DNA of 64,000 nucleotides from Amoebophrya sp. A120 (lineage: Eukaryota > Protista > Dinoflagellata), in the NCBI GenBank assembly GCA_905178155.1, contig CAJINV010000012.1, forward strand, positions 2,333,407-2,397,406, in the 5' to 3' direction. The notes below the pieces were generated by a model. That model saw only the letters and a list, made by a program, of their open reading frames with translations. It searched no databases and was not told where the DNA came from. The stretch's first letter is position 1. Every line of letters begins with the position of its first letter. Shown piece by piece: positions 38,545-50,676 of this stretch. Made by a program: the position numbers and the translations under genes.

Positions 38545-41500
38545 TCACGCCTCCGTAGGCGGTTTCAATTTCTTTCCCTCCTCGTCCTTTCTGAACAGGT
38601 CGATGTTGATATGACAACGCACAACTCTACCCCCTCCCGCTCCTCCTCATTTGGAGTGCATGAACAGCAATACAAACGCCAGTTCAACATGTGAAGCCTG
38701 TGCATGACAAATCTATGCGCCGACTGCAGCACTGATGTTCCGGTAGTAACAGAATTTTTCATGCGAACTGTGCAGCTACAGGGCATCGCCAGGATTGGGA
38801 TGTTGCATGACAAATGACAATGAGGGGCGGGACGAGTTGTGCACTGTCGTAATTCAGGTCCGCTTCGGGCAAAAACTGCTCCATCAGCCTCAGCCGGGCC
38901 GGGATGTCGATGAATTGCGGCTCCTCGTGGACTATGAATTGTAAAAATGTCTGGGTCTGGAAGAATGCAAGATTTGCCATGCTGATCTGGCATGGCCCTC
39001 AAATCTGTATTGCGTGGCCACAAACAGCCTCTCTCGCCTGTCATGCAGAAACACAGTTTCTCATGCGCGATACGAAGCACAGAAGCACGAAAAAACTTGT
39101 CATGCTTGGCGGCGCATTACAGTGCATTTGTTATTGAGTGACTTGCATCACAAGTTTCCAGACCCAGACATTTTTGCAGTGCATATGGACGTACTGGCAG
39201 CCGAAAACGCCGAAGTCTGGCAAGTCCTCGATCCACGTGATCGGCACTATGATAGTGCACCACTCCCCCTCCCCTCATTTGTAATGCAAAGTACCAAACT
39301 ACTCAAACCTTGCTCGTAAGCACTGCTAGCATGACAAATTTTGGAACATCAAATAGTCCTACTTAGTTACAATCTCCACCCAGATTTGTGATGCGAAAGG
39401 CTCTTTTCTGCCTTTGCTTGTGTTGCTGTTCATGCCATACAAATGAGGGGGAGGGGGAGTTGTGCACTGTCATAGGCACGTGGAAACCGCCGAAAGACGT
39501 CTGCTTCGCGCCGGTCCAGTGCGGATCTGATATGCTTATTATTCGGTTTAGAATTTTTAGTTGTACAACTACAATGTCGCACCTTCAGTGTTTCACAACA
39601 GCAACATCGTTTGATTCTCGACGCACAAAAAGCACTATGATCACAACAACTCTAGCTATACTCAACAGGTTGTCCCCGTCCTCCTGTGCTGCCAAGCTGA
39701 TGATGATTCTGGCAATGACCCACTCCTCGTAGATACCGAGGTCCAGTGTGAAAAAACCACCGAAATTTGTGTTGGGGTCACAGATTCGCTTCAAGTATGG
39801 AAAGCAAAATAAATCTTAGCGTCTTGAATAGAGATTTTCATCTTCATGAGGGGGCACCTCCTTTGTCACTATCTTACAATGGAAGAGTCGGACCTGCACG
39901 AAAGGAATGCTGCGATGCCATAAAGAGAATTTTTCCGGCAGCATTCTTTTCGCTCTCGTATCCCATTTCCCACCGGGTAGGAAGGAGGTACTACCAGCAA
40001 TAAAAATTCATTTGTTAAAAGCCAAGACTGCTTTTTGGTCTGATACCACATCGATGCAGTTTATCCAGCCGAGGGTGGATACGATGGCCTTCTGTTCCGC
40101 TGTCGTTGTGTTTGTTTTTTGTATTTTTCTACCGATTCTATGTAGCGCTGGCCAGGCACAAGAATTTTTTGTTCACCAAGATCATCGTCACATTTATGCA
40201 TACACATTCATGCAGGAGCACGAGTGGTCGAAGCCAAATGCAAAACCTGGCGCCTGTGCGAGCTTGGATTTCTCTCGTGTGTGAAGGATTAGGTTTTCAA
40301 GTAGTCACCAGTGTTGTAGCTCCTATTGTTAGTATTAGACAGGTTGCAATACAACAAAGGGGAGAGTTTGTAGCAAGTACCTAGGCAAAACAGATGCGGG
40401 TCGTATAGCAGACCGTCGTCCTCATCATCCGGAATCGTTCTCACGTCGCTTCTATGGATTGCGAACATGTCTTGGTCTGAGATTGTATGTTCTTGATGCT
40501 AGAACTAGAAGACCATTGTTGAGATACGTCCTCGGGGCGGGCACTATGGAAATACTTACGCAGCCAGCACGACGGATAGTGAGAGTGACAAACTGCGCAC
40601 TATTCGCCTAAGGAGGCAAAGCCCCGTACGGACGACACATTCATCAGGCACGATGTCATACACTCCTCCAAGCATTTTGTTAATACAGGTATAGACCAGG
40701 AAACATGATCACTTTTTCACTCGATAGTTCGTGTTCGTCATCATCTGCGAGTTTAACGCCCTACACCTCGCATAGAGCGCGAGGAACGCCTCCGAGCGGA
40801 GGTAGCTGACCCCGTCGGAGTCGACAAACAGGCCGCCAACGACCTTCGGGACGCTGTTTTCTATCTCGTCCAAATTTCGCTGGTCATTGGTGTAATAGTT
40901 CAACTATGAATTGCAAAAGTATCGTACTCGTATAAATGCATTACAAATTTCCTCAGCATGAGAAATAAAATTTGTAATGCGGATTTGCCTTAAGAGCAAA
41001 ATTTGTAATGCATGATTGCAATACGAGTACGATAATTTTGCAGTTCATATCAACGCCTTTCCTCCCTTCGGCGCGCGGGCAAAAAACCGGACAAACTCGC
41101 GGACTTGCGCAACGTCCAGAGACAAATGGTGCGAAATCTGGCGGAAGCAGCGGATTTTATGCGAGTGCACAAGTCCCCTCCCTTTCGTTTGTCATGCAAA
41201 ATACCAAATCCACCCTTTGCACTGTGGCACGGCTTGCATGACAGACTCACGAAGGACTACAACGAGCCGCAACAGCACTACTTGAATCGATCGCGACTTT
41301 GTCATGCGAGAGCTACATCTGTGTCAGCACTTGCGTTGCTGTGGATGCAATCGAAATAAAAGAAAGGGGGAGTAGTTGTGCGCTTTCATAGACCTTGCCG
41401 AGCGTGGAGATGGTCGAGTCGAACAGTTTGTCGACCAACTGTTGCCACACCAAGGGGTGGGTCTGCTTCGTGGTGGAGTGCTGCTCGCTGAAAATTCGAG

Positions 41501-44500
41501 TGCAGTAGTCCAACTCGATCGTGCCGACCGCGGACTGCAACACGTCAGAAGCCACGTCCGCGGTTCGGTAGGGGTTCCCGTTGAGAACGATGTTTCGTAG
41601 ACAGCTCCGGTCGCCGTACTGATATGCATTGCAAAAGTATGTACCGTACTAGTATGAAGCGCATCACAAATGATTTCCTCAGCGTGAGAAGCGAAATTTG
41701 TAATGCGGAGTTAATTAACTTGAGAAAGAAATTTGTAATGCAGAAATGCGAGTAGTACGAGTACGATACTTTTGCAATGCATAACTGACTGCAGTCCTTG
41801 ATTTCCTCGAGATGCTCCTCTTGGATCTGCCTCTCCCAGGTGGACAGGCGGAAGAGCGTTTCGGCCATCGACCGGTCTGTGGGGTTTTCGATCAATAGAC
41901 TGTACCTCCCGGTTGGATTCTCTACGTTAAAGAACATGGCGTTGGAAGTGACCGCCCGCACCGCGCGCTGCAGGGACGGGTGGGGTAGGAGGTTGACGAG
42001 CTGCATGGCCTCCGAACGGTGGACCGTGGGATACAGCGTCTTCACGATGAACTGGGTTAGCTATCCACAGTAGATTTATTCCCGGACACGACGTGCAAAT
42101 GCAGTCGCTGCATGACAAAACTTCAACTGATGGCAAGTTACTTGCCATCAATCCTAGTCTAGCATGACAAGTTGGACACTGCAAGTTAGCGCAATTTGTC
42201 ATGCATTTTGTACATGTACGGGAAATTTGTATTGCATATTAGCAACGGGGCTTTCTCGATGAAGTACTGCACGTGGCAGAGCTTCAGCTTCATATCGAAC
42301 GCCATTGCTTCCAGCAGGATCGACTTTTCCCGGTCCGACTGGAGATTCGTATACACCACGGCGAGAGGCACGAACCGCAAGAGCGTCGCTCTCAATTTGC
42401 TGTACTCCAACAACGTCGTGCCCTTTTTCATTGTCGCCAGCAAGGCGGCGGACTCGTCTTGTTTCTTTATGACGGTGCACAACAGCCCCTCCCTCTGCCC
42501 CTCACTTGTATTTGTGTAGCATGAATGGCAACACAAGCATCAGCAAGAGTGTCGGTTTGGCATGACAAATTTGCACTGGAGTGTAGTGGTATTTGGGCTA
42601 CGAGAACTTGTCATGCAAACTGTGATACAGCAGGGCAGCGACTGGGTTTGCGATTTGGCATGACAAATGAGGGGGAGGGAGAGTTGTGCACTTTCATATT
42701 CTTGTTCCCTGGTTTCCCGGGTGATGCGTTCGGGGAGTCCTGTATCGCAAGAAAAAACTTTTCACTGTGAACTTGTGATGCAGAGAACGAAGCACCAAAG
42801 TGTTTGTCTTGCTACACCTGCAAGACATTGGATTTTCAAGAGTGTTTTCCCTTGGAAAGCGCACATGGCAATTTTTCCGTGTCATGTGTGACAAACTTGT
42901 AATGCAGATCTTGCAAAATCACCACAGTGAAACAGTTTTTTCGTGGGATATCCTGCGGCCGCACGACGATCGTGGGCGACATCAGGGAGAAATCGTCTCC
43001 CTTGTCCCCGGCTAAGGACTTCAAGCGCTTCGCCTCGTCCTGAATATCCACAGAAAGAAACGCATGATCCCCATCCATTTTTTGCATGACAAACAAAGGA
43101 CTGTATACGTGTTTTGCATTACAAATTGGTAGTTGGGGATGGGTTTTTTTCTGTGGATACTGAAAGGGTTTGTCGTCCAACACAAATTTGAACTTCAGCT
43201 TCCCCTTCAATTGCGCAAACTCGTACAGTATGCGTCGCAAACATTTTGTCTGCTGGGTCCGGAATAAACTTGTGATGCGGAGCTGTGCATGCTGAGAACA
43301 GTACAGTTGTGCGGGCAGCCAAAGAACATGACAAGGTTGCACCAGAACGCTTCTTTTATGCCTAGTGCGTATGATACAGAGCGTTTTTCCATGACACGAG
43401 AAGCAGGCGCACTTTTGTCGGTCGTGCAATACAGATTTTCTTTTCCAGGAGTGCCCGACAACCAAGCGTGCTGACGCGCTCCCCTTTATTTCAAGACCCA
43501 GACTACATATTTACCCATGATATAGACCCGTCCACGGTCGGTTTGCTTTTCCGAAACTGGCAGGGCGCAGTTGGATCCGTCGAGTTGCTGGGTAATTGTT
43601 TTCAACAAATAAACTGCAGTGGCTGGTGCGTGCTTCAGCTTTTTACGCAATAGAGCAACAAGTAGAAACAAGAACAGCCACTTGATACATAGATACGTGA
43701 GTGAGCAGTTGTAGGGAAATCAATACAGCTACCGTAGAAGAAGTCAACATTAGTCATACCATCTCCTCGAAGCTCGCCTCTTTCGTTTTGAAGTAAAACG
43801 TATGCACTGCAAAAGTCTCGCAGTCGTAGCGCACTCATGCACTACAATTTTTTTTCTCAATGTAAATCAGCATTGCAAATTTTATTTCTCATGCTCAGGG
43901 AATTTGTCATGCATGTATACGAGTACGATACTTTTGCAGTTCATAAAACGAGCACCGGTGCAAAAGCTTCAAAACCGCCCGGTCGCTCGGCTTGTCTAAT
44001 CGCAACACGTAGTTGCCATTGGGATCTGTGAAGTTGTAGCGGCTTGATTCGTTGGGCGTGTGGTACTTATCCCGGACATTGGCTAGGTTCAAATTGCTCA
44101 CACCGCACTCGTCGGAGGACGTCGGGGAGGTTACTAGCAGCTTCAGCAGGCATATGCATTGCAAAAGCATCGTACTCGTAGAAATGCATTACAAATTTTG
44201 TTACCAGTAAGAAAAAAAAATTGTAATGCGGATTTACCTAGAAAAGAAGACTTTGTAATGCATGACTGCAATATTACGAGTGCGATACTTTTGCACAGGA
44301 TAAGGCACCGCAACCCGTCCTTCGTATGTGGGTTGTCCGCGACATCCAAATGGATCAGATTGTTGTTGGGGTTATGCAATACAAAATCTCTGACTCTGCC
44401 CCTACCCCTCCCCACATGGTGATGTTCTGGTGGTTTTCAAATTCATGTTCTTGCGAGGTGGACGTGGTGCCGCATCTTCCGTTGCGCTCGTCAATTATCG

Positions 44501-47500
44501 CCAGCAGTTCTTAGAGAACAGCAGCACTCGCTGGCCTTTATGCAACACAACTTTGTTTGTTCGCGCGCGGGTGGTCAGTGGGTGGGCAGGAAGATAATTT
44601 TTCTCTACTTCCATACGAGTCTAGTGACTCACACAATACCAGGTCCGCAAAGTAGGACAGCTGCGATCCCTTGAGAGACAGATACTCCATTTTCCTCTGA
44701 AAGTTTAGTTTTTCGAGGAAGTAGCAAATCGCGTCGTCCTCTTCCAACGTGTTGTTGTAGTCTTTTTGCTTCGATGTCGAGCTGCTGCTCCCGCCGGACT
44801 GCGCCTTCGCCGGGTCTGCCGCCTTCGCGGGGTCTGCGGCGGCGGCGGCTGGGTCGATGGGAACTGGGGGAAGTTCGAGAGGTGGCATTATCAAAGGGAA
44901 AAATCACGACCCCTCGCCATAATATCAGAGCGGAAATCTGTGATGCGGGATTTGTGTACACAGATCCAATCTGTCTTGCAGCAAAGGACTGCAGGAAGAT
45001 GCAGGGCCGCAGTAGGGGCGTTTTGGAGGTGTAGGCGCCTAGCAATGCAGGCGCATCCCCTGTAGGCGATACAGCATTGCAAAGTGCCTGCGAAACGCGG
45101 CTGAGTCTCTGGCTTTGCCCCCTTGCAATACAGGGACGATTTGCGGCCACAAATCAGCATCACAAATTTCCAGTAGTGTCCCTTTTTGGTATGGGGAGGG
45201 GGACTTTTCCTCACAATAAGCATTTGCGAGGCGGGTTTGTCGCTGTTCCAGTTCACTGTCAGTTCCTTCAATTTATGCAAAAAAAAAATTGTATAATTGT
45301 AACTCTGTAATGCAGAATATGCAGCAGAGTTACGGCTGTCATGCCACACAGCCACGAAGTCCTTTTTTCATGTGTGTTTTGCCTTACAAGCCACGCATTA
45401 CAGGTTCTCTCTGTCATGTAGAGCAAATTTGTGATGGTGTCAGCCGAAGAAACTTACTCTTACACAGTTTTTTTCTTGGATACAATTCCGCATCCTCGCA
45501 GTACTTCCCCAGCGCCAAGAATCCATCCTTCCCAATGTAATTGCTGGAGAGGTCCAACTTGCGAATTTGCAGCAAGTCCGACAAGGCTTGCACAAAATAC
45601 ACCACCGATTGCTGGGACACGAGTCCCAACCCGGTATCGGCCACGTTCACCTCCTGCAGGGAACCAATTTTCACGATGTTTTCGCAAATCGATTTGCACT
45701 GGTCCTGCTGGGAAAACAGCGTGGGGATCCCGGACAGGTTCAAAATCAGAATCTTGGGAAACGCTTGCGGCTCCCCCAGCATGCGACTCAGTTTCGCCAC
45801 GGACAATGTGCTAAAGTTCGGGAGGTTGGTCAGGTTGATCTCTTCCAGCTCAAAAACTTGATTTTTCAGCTTCTGCCCGCCACTGGTCTCCACGAACCCG
45901 GAGAGAAATTTCGCCACCCCTTTATCCGAAAACCGGTTGAGCCCCAGGCGGAGGGTCTAGGAAGATAAAGATTTAAATTTTTTTCTACAATCATTCTGAA
46001 AATAAGTTTTACGTGTTGCTGCAAATGAAGCATCGACGTGAAGGTCAGCATCTGTATCTTCACAAGTTCGTTTTATTGTCTCCTTGCAAGCAGGAGCAGC
46101 TCCAGCAACATAGATACAATGTCCTCACAGTGACAGTAGTACTAGTTGTACCTTTATCTTCACCGCCGGCAGCAAGGCTAAAATTTCCTTCGGATCCGGT
46201 TTTCTCGTGCTTGGGTCCTTTTGTTTGTTATTCTTCTCGTTCAGAACCGGCACCTCACTAAAGATCGCATTTTGGTACGTATCCCCAGTAAATCTTTACC
46301 GCAAAGCACGCTCGTAGTGACGTACAAATGACACGACGACAGTAGAGCATCAGAAGATTCTTCGATCTATTTGAATCAACTACAAATCATGTCGCTTTTT
46401 GATATAGGTTTTTCTTGCCCTGATTTCTTTTGGTGCACTTCGAACTTTGTACGTCTACATGTGCGGAGGTATAATACTAATTTCTAAATTTCATAGTACG
46501 CCTGCAGGTCGTAGTCGGTTAAATCTAAATTTTATCCAAGAAAAAAACTGTGTTAGTGTAGGTCTTTTGGGAAAACAGCATCACAAGTTTGTCTGCCATG
46601 ACAGGAAAAACTTGTCATGCGCAGATAGGACAGGAAAACACGTAGGAAGCAAGCTTATCATGCATGTGCAGCATGACAGGCATAACTGTTTTGCATTTTC
46701 TGCATCACAGAATTACACTTACACAGTTTTTTTCTTGCATAAATTCTCCAGATCCACCGAACTCGCCAAAATCTATCCTGTGCAAAAGTATCGTACTCGT
46801 AGTAATCGCAGTCATGCATTACAAACTTTCATCCCAACGGAAAACAGCATGACAAATTCCCTTTGTCATGCTGAACGAATTTGTCATGCGATTTCTACTA
46901 GTACGATGCTTTTGCAATGCATAAAACCCCTTCCTCGTCGATTTTTCGGTCCAGAATGATCGACTTCGGGACCTTGGGGACCGTGCCGAGGTTTTCGCAG
47001 CTTCGGAAGTAGGTGGCGACGGACAAATTTGACACCTGCTGCGCGGACAGGTCTAAGCTCTTCATTCCCGGCCGGTTCGTTTTGGACTCCGGGGTCTTCT
47101 TCAAGTAGTTTTGGTCGGAGAGTTTTTGATGCCGCCGAAAGTAGGCGTTCAGCTCCTTCCGTCTTTTCACATTCTCGGAATCCATGTTGCTGTCCTCGAC
47201 CAGCTCCAAATAGGACCCGCTCGCCATGCATCCTGTGCAAAAGTATCGTACTCGTAGTAATTGCATTTATGCATTACAAATCTCTTTTTCAAGCTAAATC
47301 AGCATTACAAACTTAATTTGTAATGCTGGGGTAATTTGTAATGCAAATTTATACGACTACGATACTTTTGCAATCCATACCATGATTGACTGGTCAATGG
47401 GTACCCCGTGGCGATGGTACAGAATCTTCTCCCCCGTGACGCTGTCGTACTGCTCCTGCGAATGTTGTTATGCAAGAAAACACACTGTGTAAGTGATGTA

Positions 47501-50500
47501 AGTCTGTGATGCATAAAATACGAAACAATATCCACTCGTCATGCTGGCCAGCCATAGTGTCCTCCTCTACCTCTGCTCATAGTACTTACGTCGTGTTTTC
47601 ACTTCACGTGCTAGAAGCTGCGCAGCATGACAGGATTTCTTTTTCCTGCAGAGCGAATTTGTCATGCTAATGCCCTAAGTAGACCGACGCCTCACTACAC
47701 TAACACACTTTTTTTCATCTCGGATAGTTGGTGCTGCATGTCGGGTAAACCGAACGCTCGCAACAAAAAATCCGGGTCTCGCGACGGTTTCTCTGTGGTG
47801 GAAGATTCCGAATTTGAGGAGTCCGAGGACTCTGGCCGAGATTGCTGCGGGGGGAGGTTGGGATTACCCATCTGCTGCTGCGAACTGCTCGGATGGTTAT
47901 TTACCACGTCTTCCTCCGAGCCGCCTGTGTCTTTCATACTCGGCCCGATCAAGTCGTATGGATCCGCCGGCATCGTTCTCTCTTTATGGATTGCAGAAGT
48001 ATCGTATTCGTATAAATGCATGACAAATTCCCCCAGCATGAGAAATGAAATTTGTAATGCGGATTTTTCTTGAGAAAAAAACTTGTAATGCATGACTGCA
48101 ATAGGAGTGCGATACTTTTGCACAGGATACTCTTCAACCCGGGACGATTTCAAGCCGTGCAGATTCCTTATCCCACGAAAAAACTGCTTCACTGTGATAA
48201 TTTTGCAAGATCTGCATCACAAGTTTCTATACACATGACAAAGAAAATTCGTCATGCGCACTTCCAAAGGGAAATAACACTCTCAAAGAGCCAAGGTCTT
48301 GCAGGAGTGGCAAGACAAATAGTTCTGTGTTCCATTTTATGCATCACAAGTTCACAGTGAAACAGTTTTTTCTCGTGATATTCCTGCCTGGGTGCGCCTT
48401 TGCGACATCCTTCATCTGGTTGCGCCACTTGGGCCACTTTTTCGTCAGGATTTTCTCGTGATACGACTTATGCAACACAAATTTCAACCCGAACCCGTAC
48501 AGGTACAGAGAATGCGAATGCCACCTGCACTTGTCCTCGTGCTGAATAGGATCTAGAGGCAAGGATTTTTGTCATGCAGGAATCTTCAAATTTGTACCTG
48601 TGCGGGATCATGAAATTTGCTGTGGATACGAGTCCGCCTTTTTCACATCCACATGATACATGTTCCAGAATCGTTCCTCGGCCGCACGCTCCGCTGCTTG
48701 GACGCGCTCACCTGATTTGTTAAGCAAAGAAAAATTAAAATCACGGCTAGAAATCAAAGTGAACGAAAAAAATCTACGCATTTATACACAGGCCGAGTCC
48801 AAGGGTAGATCTTCGATTTCAAAAAAGAAAAAAACCGCTGAAAACATTCATTACTTCGTCGACGATTACAAGAATATTTAGACACTTTAACAAGAAGCAG
48901 AAGATCATGTGATAATGACCTCGACGCTATATTTATACGTTTTTCCATAAACTGCCCGCTGTCTCTTCCAACCTGCTCCTTTTTTGGCCCCAGAAACTCG
49001 ATAACAAACCGTTGCATGGCGATTTGCGTCTTTGACTTGAGGTTTTTTGCGTAGACCTTCTGGATACAGTTCAGCAAGGCCTTATGGGAGTGTCAGGTTT
49101 GAAATCGTCAAAGTTGAAATAGTTTGTGATGCATAAAATGCAAGCCACGCAATGCTTGTCTTGCTGAGTAGGCAAGGGAGGCAGATTGTAAACCTGTTGA
49201 GGGGTAGCAATAGAGCTGCTAAAGTAGCATGACAAAAGGCGTCTTCCTTGCCCAAACAGCATGACAAACTGGGTTTCGGATCTTCCCAAATTTGTCATGC
49301 ACCACTTAGAAACTGGGTCACAACTGACATGCATTTTATGCATGACAAATTATTTCAACTTTGTCGATTTCAAACCTGACGCTTCCATAGGCCTGTTCGG
49401 GCGTCGGTTTCTCTTTCGCGTCGTTCCGCGCATCTACCTCCTTTTTGTACGCAATTATGACCCGCTCAAGCGTTACAATCTCAAGCGTTGCAATAGAGTT
49501 GTATTGCATGATGACCATGACAGACCCGCACAGCGTTTCACTTTCTGCAATACAAATTTCGCCAGATTCCAGTGCGGTTTGGGACTCCAGAACTTGTCAT
49601 GAGCAATGCTGTGGGAGTAGGCTACTAGGTCATGCACCTTTTGCATCACAGATTTCCATGTTCTATTGTAACTACGTTTGAGATTGTAACAGCTGAGCGG
49701 GTTATAGCAATGTCGCCCAGCTTCTGCATCTCCTCCATTTTCTCGACGATTGTCGACAACCCATTCTTATCCCTGCGCAAAAGTACTTATATCTTCGCAC
49801 TCCTCCTGGTACTACTATTCGCAGCACTGCATGACAGATTTCATCCACTAGTACTAGTAATACCCAAGTCAGCATTACAATCTCCATTTTGCGACTTGAA
49901 AATAAACTTTGTGAAGATGGTGCTCATGCTATTGTACTACTTTTGCAATGCGTAATTTTGCATTTGCTGCACATCTATGCACTGCAAAAGTATCGTACTC
50001 GTATAAATGCATTACAAATTTTAACAGCATGAGAAATAAAATTTGTAATGCTCATCTGCCTTGAGAACAAGGTTTGTAATGCAAGACTTGCATTAGCATT
50101 TATACGAGTACGATACTTTTGCACAGGATAACATCGAACTCGTCGTCTTGGAAATCCGTGAGTTTCTGAATCTGCGGCATCGTCAGGAAAAATCCCCAAA
50201 CTCCCCATTATATATACTCACAATGGAAATTTGTGATGCTGATTCGTGACCACAAATCAGCTCTGTCTTGCATATGAGGCAAGTGGGAGCCGTGTGGCGC
50301 ATTCCACAGCCAAGCTGCCATGCGCTTTTGCCTATTGCAAAGCTGTCTGTCATGCCTGAGTGTGAGTGCTAGCCTTTTGCATAAGTTCCTCATCAGGCCG
50401 CTTAGGACTTGCCTGCAAGCGCTTTCTGCAATACAGCGCTGATCTGTGTACACAAATCCAGCAACAGAGATTTCCGTTTCAATATGGGGAGGGGGCTTTT

Positions 50501-50676
50501 TTCACTTTGATATGCGGCTCCCGGAGCAGCTCCCCACCAGTGGACAGGGAGGAGGCAGACCCGCTGCGACCGTGCAGGTCCATCGTTGAGGAGGAACCGA
50601 CGACCATGATGTTTTGCGACGCCGGCTAGCACTACGGAAGCGGGACGAAGTTCTCGCTTCCAGTTGTAGTTGGGCT
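38545..50676 (-). CDS. Large leucine-rich-repeat (RNI-like LRR) protein with 28 introners plus several GT-AG introns; 5' end uncertain
   Basis: LRR strands LDLTDY, LRLGLN, LEEINLTN, LNLSG, LQEVNVADT, IRKLDLSSNYIG and LIHLDVADN; repeated NP.G.Y.L.L..P.DR modules; frame restored across each element junction traced. Confidence 0.75.
38610..38851. mobile_element. Introner family D (diverged)
   Basis: D-like TIRs, ends GTA; DR GTTGA/ATTCA. Confidence 0.8.
38933..39185. mobile_element. Introner family E
   Basis: E-type TIRs; DR TGGAC. Confidence 0.9.
39248..39474. mobile_element. Introner family D
   Basis: D-type TIRs; DR GGCAC. Confidence 0.9.
40905..41049. mobile_element. Introner family A
   Basis: A-type TIRs; DR TCAAC. 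Confidence 0.9.
41158..41390. mobile_element. Introner family D (diverged)
   Basis: D-like TIRs; DR GATTT/GACCT. Confidence 0.8.
41623..41783. mobile_element. Introner family A
   Basis: A-type TIRs; DR ACTGA. Confidence 0.9.
42062..42238. mobile_element. Introner family L
   Basis: L-type TIRs; DR TTAGC. Confidence 0.88.
42468..42698. mobile_element. Introner family D
   Basis: D-type TIRs; DR TTCTT. Confidence 0.9.
42743..42950. mobile_element. Introner family H
   Basis: TATCGCAAGAAAAAAC..TTCACTGTG TIR; DR TCCTG. Confidence 0.9.
43045..43159. mobile_element. Introner family K
   Basis: TATCCACAGAAA TIR; DR CTGAA. Confidence 0.9.
43229..43522. mobile_element. Introner family E (decayed)
   Basis: Residual TGGGTC/GACCCAGAC; DR TACAG/TAGAC; removal joins GRVY|EFAQ. 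Confidence 0.7.
43639..43759 (-). other. Probable canonical GT-AG intron
   Basis: ATG|GTATGA...AAAAG|CTG keeps frame. Confidence 0.6.
43801..43945. mobile_element. Introner family A
   Basis: A-type TIRs; DR AAACG. Confidence 0.9.
44153..44302. mobile_element. Introner family A
   Basis: A-type TIRs; DR AGGCA. Confidence 0.9.
44373..44615. mobile_element. Highly decayed introner (L-like left end)
   Basis: TATG...CATA ends, weak TIR, DR GGGGT/CGAGT; removal joins ESLDS|NNNLIHLDV. Confidence 0.6.
44889..45218. mobile_element. Introner family B
   Basis: B-type TIRs; DR GGCAT/AGCAT. Confidence 0.88.
45274..45482. mobile_element. Introner family G
   Basis: G-type TIRs; DR CAATT. Confidence 0.88.
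46533..46741. mobile_element. Introner family G
   Basis: TATCCAAGAAAAAAACTGTG TIR; DR AATTT/AATTC. Confidence 0.9.
46774..46923. mobile_element. Introner family A
   Basis: A-type TIRs; DR AAATC/AAACC. Confidence 0.9.
47229..47379. mobile_element. Introner family A
   Basis: CAT-start variant; DR CCATG. Confidence 0.9.
47469..47726. mobile_element. Introner family G (diverged)
   Basis: G-like TIRs; DR GTTGT/GTTGG. Confidence 0.8.
47985..48129. mobile_element. Introner family A
   Basis: A-type TIRs; DR CTCTT. Confidence 0.9.
48169..48380. mobile_element. Introner family H
   Basis: H-type TIRs, opposite orientation to 42743; DR TTCCT. Confidence 0.9.
48469..48628. mobile_element. Introner family L
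   Basis: TATGCAACACAAATTTCA/TGAAATTTGCTGTGGATA; DR CGACT/CGAGT. Confidence 0.85.
49083..49389. mobile_element. Introner family C
   Basis: C-type TIRs; DR GGCCT. Confidence 0.9.
49456..49706. mobile_element. Introner family N
   Basis: TATGACCCGCTCA..GTTACAATCTCAA TIR; DR GCAAT. Confidence 0.88.
49768..49954. mobile_element. Introner family A (decayed)
   Basis: TATCCCTGCGCAAAAGTA...TACTTTTGCAATGCGTA; DR ATTCT/ATTTT. Confidence 0.75.
49976..50130. mobile_element. Introner family A
   Basis: A-type TIRs; DR ACATC. Confidence 0.9.
50178..50512. mobile_element. Introner family B
   Basis: CAT-start variant; DR TGCGG. Confidence 0.85.
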
